DNA of 64,000 bases from Candidatus Polarisedimenticolaceae bacterium (GTDB taxonomy: Bacteria; Acidobacteriota; Polarisedimenticolia; Polarisedimenticolales; DASRJG01). The stretch is taken from positions 201,238 to 265,237 of the forward strand of contig DASUCV010000004.1 in NCBI GenBank assembly GCA_036275915.1. Direction: 5' to 3'. The translations under genes and the position numbers were made by a program. This document shows, piece by piece, positions 55,362-64,000 of this stretch; within the stretch, counting starts at the first letter, position 1; each line of letters begins with the position of its first letter. The notes under the pieces were generated by a model that saw only the letters and a list, made by a program, of their open reading frames with translations, made no database searches and was not told the DNA's origin.

Positions 55362-56615
55362 GTGATCGCCATCGTCCGGACCTCGACGCTCGCCTTCGGT
55401 CTCGCCCTCCTCCCCGCCGCCGCACTCGGTCAAGACGCGCCCCCGGCGCCGGCTCCTGCGCCCGCGCCCACACCCGCACCGGCGGCCGCTCCTCCCGCGG
55501 ACAACCCTTCGCTCCAGGCGGCGAAGGACGCCTTCAAGAAGGGGAGCTGGGCCGAGGCCGACGACGCGGCGGTGAAAGCGCTCGGGGTCGACTCGAAGAA
55601 CCTCGAGGCCCTCTACATCGCGGGGGCCGCCGAGCGTCAGATCAACAAGCTCGACGACGCGGAGACGCATCTCAAGGCGCTCGTCGACGCCTCGCCGAAC
55701 TTCCCGCAGTCGAACTTCCAGCTCGGCTACGTCTACTTCCTCCAGGCCGAGCAGATGGCGCGCGACGGCAAGTTCGAGCCCGCCAAGGCGCGTTATACGG
55801 ACGCCGCGGACCAGTTCGCGAAGGAGACGGCCCGGAACGACAAGCACGTGCCGTCGCTCTCGAGCCGCGCGATCGCCTTGACGCGCGCCGGCAAGCTCGA
55901 CGACGCGGTCCCCGCCTACGAGGGGTGGATCGCGGCCGTGCCGCAGAAGAACGACCCGGTCGTCGCGCTCGCGTCGGCCTATGCCGCGGCCGGGAAGTCA
56001 ACCGAGGCGATGGCGACGCTCGACCGCCTCCCCGACAAGACGCCGAAGGCGGCGTTCGACGCGGTGATGGCGGCCGCCAACGTCTTCGTCGCGAAGCGAG
56101 ACTGGGGGGCGGCGGTGCCGTTCCTCGAGAAGGCCGCTGCGACCGACGAGTCCTCGACACGCGCGGTCGCGCTCCTCGCCGAAGCGTGCGCCCGCTCCGG
56201 GCTCACCGCCGAAGCGGTCACCCATCTCCAGAAGCTGCTGACGATGGAACCCACGCCGGAAGAGGCCGAATCGGTCGGCGAGGCGATCAAGGCCTCCGTC
56301 GGCGACGGCAAGAGCTCCCCCTCGGTCCAAGGGGTCGAGCCGCCCGCGACCCTGCGCGTCCCCTCTCCCCGGTATCCCAAGGGACAGGACACGTCCGTGC
56401 AGACCGACGTCCTCATCCTCGCGGAGATCAGCGGGACCGGGGCCGTCATGGGCACGGTGCTCGTGCCGAACCGCATCTGGAAGGACATCCGTTCGAGCGG
56501 ATTCGAGGCCGAGGCCCAAGACGCCGTCAAGCGCGGGAAGTTCGCGCCGGGCACCAAGAACGGCCAGCCTGCCGAGCTGTGGACGGTCGTCGCGGTCAAG
56601 TTCGCGCGTCAGTAG
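55362..56615 (+). CDS. TPR-repeat protein with a C-terminal TonB-like domain
   Basis: GGAGG 7 nt before GTG 55362; ATG 55335 is an alternative. Signal peptide, Pro/Ala-rich linker (PAPAPAPAPTPAPAAAPP) and TPR-like helices. The C-terminus ...RVPSPRYPKG...GKFAPGTKNGQPAELWTVVAVKF resembles the TonB C-terminal domain. Confidence 0.75.
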   Translation: MIAIVRTSTLAFGLALLPAAALGQDAPPAPAPAPAPTPAPAAAPPADNPSLQAAKDAFKKGSWAEADDAAVKALGVDSKNLEALYIAGAAERQINKLDDAETHLKALVDASPNFPQSNFQLGYVYFLQAEQMARDGKFEPAKARYTDAADQFAKETARNDKHVPSLSSRAIALTRAGKLDDAVPAYEGWIAAVPQKNDPVVALASAYAAAGKSTEAMATLDRLPDKTPKAAFDAVMAAANVFVAKRDWGAAVPFLEKAAATDESSTRAVALLAEACARSGLTAEAVTHLQKLLTMEPTPEEAESVGEAIKASVGDGKSSPSVQGVEPPATLRVPSPRYPKGQDTSVQTDVLILAEISGTGAVMGTVLVPNRIWKDIRSSGFEAEAQDAVKRGKFAPGTKNGQPAELWTVVAVKFARQ

Positions 56616-57265
56616 CGGTCGGACGACTCCTGCGCGATGCGCCGCTCGGCGCGCCGCACCGCCTGGATGAGCAGCTCCAGGCGATCGAGATCCTTCTTCC
56701 CCGGCACGACCTCGACCTCGTCCAGGAGATCGATGCCGTAGGGGCGCGCGTCGTCGATCGCCATTCCGGCGAGCGTGGGTGTGAGCGGGCCGCCGACGAC
56801 GATCCGGCCGTAGTTCCCGAACGTGCGGATGCGCCGCCACTCGAGGGGCCGCAGGTCCTCCGTCGCCGGGTCGGGCCTGAAATCGAGGAGATAGGTCGTC
56901 GACGGGTAGAGGCTCATCGCGTCGGGATCGAAATCCGGCCCGGCGCGGAACGCCTTGATCCACCGGTACGGCGCGGCGGCGGCGCAGTATCCCGGGCTCT
57001 CCGATCCGTGGAACTGGAGGAGGCTGATCCCCGTCCGCCGCGCGATGTCGAGCACCTGGATGAGCGGCGCGTCCGCGAAGACGCCGACGGTGACGACGAA
57101 CGCCGGCAGACGCTCGACGATCTGGCGTGCGAGCTCCGGGTCGATCGCCCGCGGGCTGCCGGGACGGAAGTCGAACCCGAGCGCATCGGCACCGAGGTGA
57201 ACGGCTTCGTGGGCGTCGCGCTCCTCGGTGATCCCGCACACCTTGACGACGACGCGCAGGCTCAT
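56609..57265 (-). CDS. trpF: Phosphoribosylanthranilate isomerase
   Basis: VKVCGITEERDAHEAVHLGADALGFDF...LLQFHGSES. Confidence 0.9.
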   Translation of the reverse strand: MSLRVVVKVCGITEERDAHEAVHLGADALGFDFRPGSPRAIDPELARQIVERLPAFVVTVGVFADAPLIQVLDIARRTGISLLQFHGSESPGYCAAAAPYRWIKAFRAGPDFDPDAMSLYPSTTYLLDFRPDPATEDLRPLEWRRIRTFGNYGRIVVGGPLTPTLAGMAIDDARPYGIDLLDEVEVVPGKKDLDRLELLIQAVRRAERRIAQESSDRY

Positions 57266-57822
57266 GCGATCGCGAGGAAGCGCTCGAACAGGCGCCCGCC
57301 CTCCTCGGTCAGGATCGATTCGGGGTGGAATTGCACGCCGTGCACCGGCCGGGTGCGGTGGCGGAGCCCCATGATCGTCCCGTCATCCGAGAACGCGCAG
57401 GCCTCGAGCTCCGCGGGGAGGGCCTCGGGATCGACGGCGAGCGAGTGATAGCGCGTCGCCTCGAACGGGCTCGGCACGCCGGCGAAGACGCCGCGGCCGT
57501 CGTGGCGGATCGCCGACGTCCTGCCGTGGACGAGCGCCTTCGCCGGAACGATCGCGCCTCCGAACGCGACCGCGATCGCCTGATGCCCGAGACAGACGCC
57601 GAGGATCGGGAGGGTGGACGGCGCGCTCTTGATCGTCTCGACGCTCGTCCCTGCGTCTTCCGGACGGCCCGGCCCCGGCGAGACGACGAGGGCGTCGAAC
57701 GCATCGAAGTCCTGCTCGCCATCCGACGGGACGACCTCGACCGTCGCCCCGAGCCTACGGAGCGCCTGGACCAGATTCCACGTGAACGAGTCGTGGTTGT
57801 CGACGAGGAGGACCCGCATCAC
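57262..57822 (-). CDS. trpG: Anthranilate / aminodeoxychorismate synthase glutamine amidotransferase component II
   Basis: RVLLVDNHDSFTWNLV...PGPGRPEDAG...ILGVCLGHQAIA...GVQFHPES. Confidence 0.9.
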   Translation of the reverse strand: MMRVLLVDNHDSFTWNLVQALRRLGATVEVVPSDGEQDFDAFDALVVSPGPGRPEDAGTSVETIKSAPSTLPILGVCLGHQAIAVAFGGAIVPAKALVHGRTSAIRHDGRGVFAGVPSPFEATRYHSLAVDPEALPAELEACAFSDDGTIMGLRHRTRPVHGVQFHPESILTEEGGRLFERFLAIA

Positions 57823-58415
57823 TCGACGAAGAACTTCACGAAGATCGGGTCGGCGAGCTCGGGCGCGGTCATCGCGAGCTCGAACTTGTGCCCCTTCAGG
57901 CCGGTCGCGGGCGCCGGGAAGTAGAGCATGTCGATGACGTAGCCGTAGCGCGGCAGCTCGACGTGGTCGGTGACGACCGTGCCGACGCTGCGCGTCGGAG
58001 AGAACTTGCTCGGGTACGGGTTCATCGCCCCGAACCGGTTGAAGACGATCTCCGGCAGCTCCTGCAGGTCACGGTCGAGATCGAGGAACTCGTAGTTGTC
58101 GAGCAGCTCCTTGGGGGAGGCACACGGATAGCGGGCGCCCTTCTCGTCGGTGAGCGTGAACGACTCGCGGGTCAGCGCCATCTGCTTGACTCCGCGGTTC
58201 GCGATCGCGATCTCGACCGGGACGTACTTCTCCTTCTCGCGGTAGCGCGTCGCGCGGGTGTCGACGATCAAGGTCACGAGCTTGCCTTCTTCGATGAAGG
58301 CGAACTTCGAAAGCTTCCGGTCGGTCGACGGCGCGGTCTGCCCGGTCATCGGCTGGCGGGTCGCGCAGGCGGCGAGCGTCAGGACGAGGAGGGTCAAGGG
58401 GCCGGATCGGCGCAT
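57819..58415 (-). CDS. Lipoprotein, hypothetical
   Basis: ATG 58415 (MRRSGPLTLLVLTLAAC lipobox). Its stop overlaps the trpG start by 4 nt. Confidence 0.7.
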   Translation of the reverse strand: MRRSGPLTLLVLTLAACATRQPMTGQTAPSTDRKLSKFAFIEEGKLVTLIVDTRATRYREKEKYVPVEIAIANRGVKQMALTRESFTLTDEKGARYPCASPKELLDNYEFLDLDRDLQELPEIVFNRFGAMNPYPSKFSPTRSVGTVVTDHVELPRYGYVIDMLYFPAPATGLKGHKFELAMTAPELADPIFVKFFVE

Positions 58416-58461
58416 GGGAGGGTCCTCTCCAGGCGGAGCGTAGGATGCGCCCGCGGACGCG

Positions 58462-59925
58462 TCAAGCGGAGCCGTGTGTCCTGTACGGTGCCGCCGCAGC
58501 AGCGAAGACCGCCGCACCGACGTCGAGCCCGGTCAGAATCGCGCACTGGCGCGCCGCCTGCGCCGCGAGCAGGTCGAGGCCGTCGGCCACGGCGAGACCG
58601 CGCGCACGCGCCGCGCGGACGAGCGGCGTCTCGCGCGGGCCGTATGCCGCATCCAGCACCATCCGGCCGACGAGGGACCGTGGCGGGACGACCTCCTCGC
58701 CGGCCGCGCCGAGCGGCGTCGCCTGGACGAGCACGTCCCAGGGCGCCCCGGCGAGGCGGCCCCACGGTGCCGCGGCGGCGCCGATCGCGGCCGCGGTCTC
58801 CGCCCCGCGCTCGCTGCGGTGGTACAGGGTGACCACGGCCCCCTGGCGCACGAGGACGGCGCCGATCGCCCGGGCGGTTCCTCCGGCGCCGGCGACGGCG
58901 ACGCGCGTTCCCCTGAGGGTGATCCGGCGGCGGATCAGCTCGAGCGCCGCGGGCGCGTCCGTGTTGTAGCCGTGCCAGGCCCCCTCGGCGCGCACGGTGT
59001 TGACCGCGCCGGAGGCCGCGTCGCCGTGCAAGCGCGCGCAGCGGGCGGCGACCGCCTCCTTGAGAGGGATCGTCACGCCGAAGCCGTCGAGCCGGAGCGG
59101 CGACCGCTCGTCGGCTGCCGACGCGAGATCGCCGGCGTCGCCGGTCGGGAGAGGCACGTAGACCGCGTCGATCCCGAGCGCCCGGTACGCCGCGGCATGG
59201 AGGGCCGGCGAGAGGCTCGCCGCCGCGTTCGCGCCCGCGATGCCGAATCGCCGCGTCGACGGGGACAGGGCGAGCACGCGGTGGACGTGAAGGAGCGCGT
59301 CGCTCGTGAGCTGCCCCGAGGCGGTCTCCCGGCCGGGAGCGGCGGCGCCGTAGGTGCCCCACGAGCCCCACGCGAGCGCGAAGATTCGGCTCGGGATCCC
59401 CGCGTCTCCGGTGGCGAACGCCGCGAGCGGGCGAGCGTCCGCGCGCGCGCGACGGAGAAGATCGGCGATCGCCCCGAGGTCGGTGAGAGCGGTCGCCGCC
59501 GGGACGATCTTGAGGCGCGCGGCGCGCGATCCCGCCATCGCGTCGTAGAGCGCGGTCAGCTCGGGGAGGAGCGACCGGGCTCCGTGATGCGACAGGATCG
59601 TCCTCGCGGCGTCCGGGCCGTCGGCGAGCTCCGCGACAGGACCGCCGTGCTCGACGTCGACGAACGCGGCGCCGGCGTCGAGTGCGGAGCGCAAGAGCGC
59701 CCGTTTCTCCTCGACGCTCCCCGAGAACCGGCCGCCGTCGGCGCGGTCGCGGACCGCGACGATGATCCGCCGCGGCGCCCTCGCCACGATGCCGCCGAGA
59801 TCCCCTGCGCGCAGGAGGTCCGCGCGAATCTCCACGAGCCCGGCGGCGGACGGGGTCTCGTCGATCCGCGCCAGGACGCGCTCGGGAGTCTCCTCGAGGA
59901 TCGAGTGGACGACCTCGCCTCTCAC
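58462..59925 (-). CDS. aroDE: Bifunctional 3-dehydroquinate dehydratase (type I) / shikimate dehydrogenase
   Basis: The N-half has LVEIRADLL, ILSHHG and ARLKIVPAA (type I DHQase-like). The C-half has FGVTIPLKEAV, NTV, GYNTD and AGAGGTARA (AroE). The GTG start at 59923-59925 overlaps the priA stop by 4 nt. Confidence 0.85.
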   Translation of the reverse strand: MRGEVVHSILEETPERVLARIDETPSAAGLVEIRADLLRAGDLGGIVARAPRRIIVAVRDRADGGRFSGSVEEKRALLRSALDAGAAFVDVEHGGPVAELADGPDAARTILSHHGARSLLPELTALYDAMAGSRAARLKIVPAATALTDLGAIADLLRRARADARPLAAFATGDAGIPSRIFALAWGSWGTYGAAAPGRETASGQLTSDALLHVHRVLALSPSTRRFGIAGANAAASLSPALHAAAYRALGIDAVYVPLPTGDAGDLASAADERSPLRLDGFGVTIPLKEAVAARCARLHGDAASGAVNTVRAEGAWHGYNTDAPAALELIRRRITLRGTRVAVAGAGGTARAIGAVLVRQGAVVTLYHRSERGAETAAAIGAAAAPWGRLAGAPWDVLVQATPLGAAGEEVVPPRSLVGRMVLDAAYGPRETPLVRAARARGLAVADGLDLLAAQAARQCAILTGLDVGAAVFAAAAAPYRTHGSA

Positions 59926-61922
59926 AGCAGGCTCACGGGATCGACGTCGACGTGGATGCTGCGGCGCAGCGCCGTCGCCTCGAACGGCGCGAGCGCCGAC
60001 GCGACCGCCTCGACGAGACGGCGGCGACCCGCGGACCGGACGAGGATCTGCATGCGGTAGAGCCCACGAAGGCGCTCGATCGGCGCGGGCCCAGGCCCCA
60101 AGACGGTGAGCGGCCCATCGGCCGCCGCCGCTTCGAGCGCTTGCGCCACCTCGCCGGCGATCCGCCACGCCTGGCTCAGATCGCGGTGGCTCACCATGAT
60201 CTGGACGAGGGCGGCGAGCGGCGGATAGCGCATCGCACGGCGGTAGCGCATCTCGGCGTCGTAGAAGGCGAGGTAGTCCTGGCTCGCCGCGTGCCGCAGC
60301 ACCGGATGACCGGGATCGAACGCCTGCGCGATGACCTCGCCCGGCCGCTCGCCGCGCCCCGCGCGCCCCGCGACCTGCGTCAGGAGCTGGAAGGCGCGCT
60401 CGCCCGCGCGGAAGTCCGGGAGGCCGAGCGCGTGGTCGGCCGCGAGGATCCCGACGAGCGTGACGCGGGGGAAGTCATGCCCCTTCGCGATCATCTGGGT
60501 GCCGACGAGAACGTCGATCTCCCCCGCCTCGAAACGCCGGAGGATCTTCTCGTGCCCGCCTCGCCCGCGGACCGTGTCGCGATCCATGCGCGCGACCCGC
60601 GCCCCGGGCACCGCCGCCTTGATCTCGTCCTCGATCCGCTCGGTCCCCTCGCCCCACTCCCGGAGCGCATCGGAGCCGCACGCGGGACAGGCGTCGGGAC
60701 GGGCGGACTCGCGGCCGCATCCGTGGCATCGCAAGCGGCGCGCGGACTTGTGCCAGGTGAGCGCCACGCTGCAGCGCGTGCACGTGATCCGCTGTCCGCA
60801 CGCCGGGCAGAGGATCGCGGCGGACCACCCGCGGCGGTTCCTGAGCACGAGCGCCTGCTCGCCGCGCGCGAGGCACGCGCGCAGGGCCTCGGCGAGCGCG
60901 GGGGCGACCGGGAGCACGGCGCCGGCCCCGCGGAACGCCTCGCGCATGTCGACGAGGCGCACCTCGGGAAGTGGCCGCGCCTCGACCCGGCCGCCGAGCG
61001 CCAGGAGCGCGTAACGTCCCGTGCGCGCGTGATGGAACGACTCGAGCGACGGCGTCGCCGAGCCCAGCACGATCGCCGCGCGGGCGAGCCGCGCGCGCAC
61101 GACGGCGACGTCCCGTCCGTTGTAGCGCGGAGCGTCCTCCTGCTTGTACGAAGGGTCGTGCTCCTCGTCGATCACGATGAGGCCGGGATCGGCGAGCGGC
61201 GCGAACACCGCCGAGCGCGCGCCGACGACGAACCGCTTCGTTCCCGCGCGCACCGCCTCCCATGCCTCGCGGCGCACGCGCGGCGGGAGCGCCGAGTGCA
61301 GCACCGCCACCTGCCCGGGAAAGCGCGCCTCGAGACGGGTGACGAGGAGCGGCGTGAGCCCGATCTCGGGGACGAGATAGAGGACGCCGCGTCCCTCCGC
61401 GAGCGCGGCCTCGGCGGCGCGGAGGTAGACCTCGGTCTTCCCCGAGCCGGTGGCGCCCCAGAGGAGGAACGGCGCGAACGCCCGCGCGACGATGGCGGGA
61501 ACGAGCACGTCGAGCGCCGCGCGCTGCGCCGCGGTCGGGTCGTGCGCCGGCACCTCGCCCGCCGCGATGGGCACGGGGTCCGCGGCGATGCCGCGCTTCG
61601 TCCGGGGCGGCTCGGGGGGCAGCGCCGCCTCGATCGCCTCGCCCCACGAGCAGAGGTAGTAGTCGGCGACGAACTTCGTGAGCGCGAGGAGATCGGGCGG
61701 CAGCGCGGGGGCCTCCGCCGGGACGTCGGCGACGTCCTTGACGTCGATCCCTTCCGCGACGGCGGCGCCGGGCCACGCCACGACCGTGCCGAGAACGCTG
61801 CGGCGCCCGAGCGGCACGCGCACGCGGACGCCGACGGCGACGCGATCGCGGAGGGCTTCGGGAACGCGGTAGGTGAAGAGTCGCCGGAGCGGTACGGGGA
61901 CCGCCACCTCGGCGAGCGTCAC
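59922..61922 (-). CDS. priA: Primosomal protein N' (replication restart helicase)
   Basis: VAVPVPLRRLFTY. Walker A GATGSGKTEVY. DEEHD. The Cys-rich zinc region CPACGQRITCTRCSVALTWH...CHGCG...CPACGS. The GTG start at 61920-61922 overlaps the udg stop. Confidence 0.92.
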   Translation of the reverse strand: MTLAEVAVPVPLRRLFTYRVPEALRDRVAVGVRVRVPLGRRSVLGTVVAWPGAAVAEGIDVKDVADVPAEAPALPPDLLALTKFVADYYLCSWGEAIEAALPPEPPRTKRGIAADPVPIAAGEVPAHDPTAAQRAALDVLVPAIVARAFAPFLLWGATGSGKTEVYLRAAEAALAEGRGVLYLVPEIGLTPLLVTRLEARFPGQVAVLHSALPPRVRREAWEAVRAGTKRFVVGARSAVFAPLADPGLIVIDEEHDPSYKQEDAPRYNGRDVAVVRARLARAAIVLGSATPSLESFHHARTGRYALLALGGRVEARPLPEVRLVDMREAFRGAGAVLPVAPALAEALRACLARGEQALVLRNRRGWSAAILCPACGQRITCTRCSVALTWHKSARRLRCHGCGRESARPDACPACGSDALREWGEGTERIEDEIKAAVPGARVARMDRDTVRGRGGHEKILRRFEAGEIDVLVGTQMIAKGHDFPRVTLVGILAADHALGLPDFRAGERAFQLLTQVAGRAGRGERPGEVIAQAFDPGHPVLRHAASQDYLAFYDAEMRYRRAMRYPPLAALVQIMVSHRDLSQAWRIAGEVAQALEAAAADGPLTVLGPGPAPIERLRGLYRMQILVRSAGRRRLVEAVASALAPFEATALRRSIHVDVDPVSLL

Positions 61923-62587
61923 GGGTCCTCGTCGATCCGGGCGCGTGCCGCCTTCAGGTCCTCGAAGACGAGACGGCGGTTCTCCACCGTGTACGCGCGA
62001 AGCAGGTAGGCGGGATGGAAGGTGGGCATGACGGGAATGCCGCGGAACGATCCCCACGTCCCGCGCAGCGCCGTGATCCCCGACTTCGTCCCGAGCAGGG
62101 TCTTCGTCGCCGGCGAGCCGAGCGTGACGATGACCTTCGGCGCGATCGCCTCGATCTGACGGAAGAGGAACGGTGAGCAGGTCGCGACCTCGTCGGGCTC
62201 GGGATCGCGGTTCCCCGGCGGCCGGCACTTGACGACGTTCGCGATGTAGACCTCTTCGCGGGTGAGCCCGATCGCGCGGATCATCTCGTTCAGCTTCTGA
62301 CCCGCGCGGCCGACGAACGGCTCGCCCCGAGCGTCCTCGTCGGCGCCGGGCCCCTCGCCGACGATCATGAGCTTCGCCCGCGGGTTGCCGACGCCGAAGA
62401 CGATGTTCGTCCGCGTCTCGCACAGCTTGCAGCGCCGGCAATCGCCGAGATCCTGGCGGACCTCCGCCAGCGGGTCGGCGACCGGAACGGGCGGCTCCTT
62501 CCCGAACGACAGCTCACGAACGCCGATGTCGCCGAGGTAGCCGACCCACGAGGCGAGCGCCTTGCGGATCTCGCCCGTGTCGCTCAT
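61919..62587 (-). CDS. udg: Uracil-DNA glycosylase, family 4
   Basis: [27 protein letters not shown] and [11 protein letters not shown] 62587 overlaps the coaBC stop. Confidence 0.9.
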   Translation of the reverse strand: MSDTGEIRKALASWVGYLGDIGVRELSFGKEPPVPVADPLAEVRQDLGDCRRCKLCETRTNIVFGVGNPRAKLMIVGEGPGADEDARGEPFVGRAGQKLNEMIRAIGLTREEVYIANVVKCRPPGNRDPEPDEVATCSPFLFRQIEAIAPKVIVTLGSPATKTLLGTKSGITALRGTWGSFRGIPVMPTFHPAYLLRAYTVENRRLVFEDLKAARARIDEDP

Positions 62588-63753
62588 CGGAGCACGCGAT
62601 CCAGGATCGCCTCGGCGATCTCGGCCTTGCCGGCCTCGGCGACGTCGAGACGGCCCCCGTCCTTGCCCAAGATCGTCACCGCGTTCCGATCGGAGCCGAT
62701 GCCGATCCCCGTGGCGGAGACGTCGTTCGCGACGATGAAGTCGGCGTTCTTCGCGGCGAGCTTCTGCGCCGCATGCTCGGCGACGGCGTCGGTCTCGGCG
62801 GCGAAGCCGACGAGGATCTCTTCCCCCTTCGCGCGCCCCAGCTCGGCCAGGATGTCCGGCCCCTCGTCGAGGACGAGCGTGAGGGCACCGCCGGTCTTCT
62901 TGATCTTCTGCGCCTGCGGGACCGGCGCGTAGTCGGAGACGGCGGCGACCATGAAGATCGCGAAGCTCCCGGGCCGCTCGGCGAGGACGGCGTCGCGCAT
63001 CTCGCGTGCGGTCGAGACGGGAACGAGCCTCGCGCCGAACGGCGCGGGCAGGTCGACGGGACCGGAGACGAGGACGACTTCCGCCCCTCGCCGCGCCGCC
63101 GCGGCGGCGAGCGCGTACCCCATCTTTCCCGATGAGCCGTTCGAGAGGTAGCGCACCGGATCGAGCGGCTCGCGGGTCGGACCCGCGGTGACGACGATCT
63201 TCCGGCCCGCGAGCTCCGAACCGCGACGGGCCGCGGCGAGCGTCGCGGCGACGATCCGCGCCGGCTCGGCCAGACGCCCGACGCCCGTCTCGCGCTCGGC
63301 GAGCCATCCCTCCTCGGGCGGGACGATCACCGTCGCACGCCGCTTGAGCGCGATGACCGCATCCTGCGTCGCCGGATGGAGCCACATCCGCGTGTTCATG
63401 GCGGGCGCGACGACGACCGGCGCCGTGACGGCGAGATAGAAGGTCGAGAGCAGGTCGTCGGCGATGCCGTGTGCGAGCTTGCCGAGGACGTTCGCGGTCG
63501 CCGGGGCGACGACGAACGCGTCGAGGTCGCGCGCGAGGTCGACGTGATGGATCGTCGCGTCCGACGAGGCGTCGAAGGTGTCGGTCCACACCTTCCGCCC
63601 CGAGAGCGCCTGCAAGGTCAGGGGCGTGATGAAGCGCTCGGCGTTCCGGGTCATGAGAACCTGGACGGAAGCGCCCGCTTCGGTGAGGCCGCGGACGACC
63701 TCGCACGCCTTGTAGGCTGCGATCCCGCCCGTGACTCCGAGCGCGATCTTCAC
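62584..63753 (-). CDS. coaBC: Bifunctional phosphopantothenoylcysteine decarboxylase / phosphopantothenate-cysteine ligase
   Basis: GTG 63753 (VKIALGVTGGIAAYKACEVVRGL). PATANVLGKLAHGIADDLL. The C-terminal CoaB half has SNGSSGKMGYALA. Confidence 0.93.
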   Translation of the reverse strand: MKIALGVTGGIAAYKACEVVRGLTEAGASVQVLMTRNAERFITPLTLQALSGRKVWTDTFDASSDATIHHVDLARDLDAFVVAPATANVLGKLAHGIADDLLSTFYLAVTAPVVVAPAMNTRMWLHPATQDAVIALKRRATVIVPPEEGWLAERETGVGRLAEPARIVAATLAAARRGSELAGRKIVVTAGPTREPLDPVRYLSNGSSGKMGYALAAAAARRGAEVVLVSGPVDLPAPFGARLVPVSTAREMRDAVLAERPGSFAIFMVAAVSDYAPVPQAQKIKKTGGALTLVLDEGPDILAELGRAKGEEILVGFAAETDAVAEHAAQKLAAKNADFIVANDVSATGIGIGSDRNAVTILGKDGGRLDVAEAGKAEIAEAILDRVLR

Positions 63754-63757
63754 GGTG

Positions 63758-63976
63758 CTAGCCTTCGGACTCGGCCGGCGTCTCCGGCTGCGCGGGCTCG
63801 CTTCCGTCCCACGCCTCGACCACACCGGCGGCGACCTCTTCCTGGGCCATCACGGTCGGCTTGTGCGAGACGGTCTCGACGCGCGGCAGGGCTCCCTGCT
63901 GGAGCTGCTCGGCGCGTAGCGCCGCCAGCATGACGAACCGGTACTTGCTGCCGAACGACTCCGGAATCTTGAACAT
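63758..63976 (-). CDS. rpoZ: DNA-directed RNA polymerase subunit omega
   Basis: AGGAG RBS before ATG 63976 (MFKIPESFGSKYRFVMLAALRAEQLQ). Confidence 0.88.
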   Translation of the reverse strand: MFKIPESFGSKYRFVMLAALRAEQLQQGALPRVETVSHKPTVMAQEEVAAGVVEAWDGSEPAQPETPAESEG

Positions 63977-64000
63977 GAACGCTCCTGTCACGAAGGAAAG

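Overview
High-GC bacterial chromosomal window with no rRNA, CRISPR array, integrase or transposase. It splits into three parts. (1) 1-6 kb holds an MFS transporter, a visibly AT-richer lipoprotein/membrane gene and an overlapping pair of hybrid two-component kinases, ending at tRNA-Glu. (2) About 6-41 kb is an accessory-looking region made almost entirely of secreted proteins and lipoproteins of unknown function. It contains a DUF4258/MqsA-like toxin-antitoxin pair and two nearly identical tRNA-Lys genes with different anticodons. Its main feature is a family of very large secreted paralogs. Four lie in tandem on the minus strand (24.7-40.9 kb) and a fifth lies at 13.9-17.1 kb. Each has a signal peptide, an unrecognised conserved N-domain and exactly 14 Kelch-like blades. 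MopE-like Cys motifs follow, then thrombospondin type-3 repeats in the four tandem copies. All end in a roughly 100-aa C-terminal module whose last two residues are Cys-Pro. The same C-terminal module also ends a BNR/sortilin-like protein and a small tail-only protein, so seven proteins share it. A secreted prolyl oligopeptidase sits inside this block. (3) 41-64 kb is housekeeping: a GT4 glycosyltransferase, purA, hutH, tRNA-Ala and tRNA-Val, a TusA-like protein, a degenerate GGDEF protein, an NtrY-like kinase, a peptide-type ABC importer without an ATPase, and a TPR/TonB-like protein. It ends with a long minus-strand chain joined mostly by 4-nt overlaps (rpoZ-coaBC-udg-priA-aroDE-lipoprotein-trpG-trpF). 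The most interesting candidate is the Kelch/TSP3 paralog island and its shared C-terminal ...CP module. All family assignments come from motif recognition by eye and need HMM or structure confirmation.
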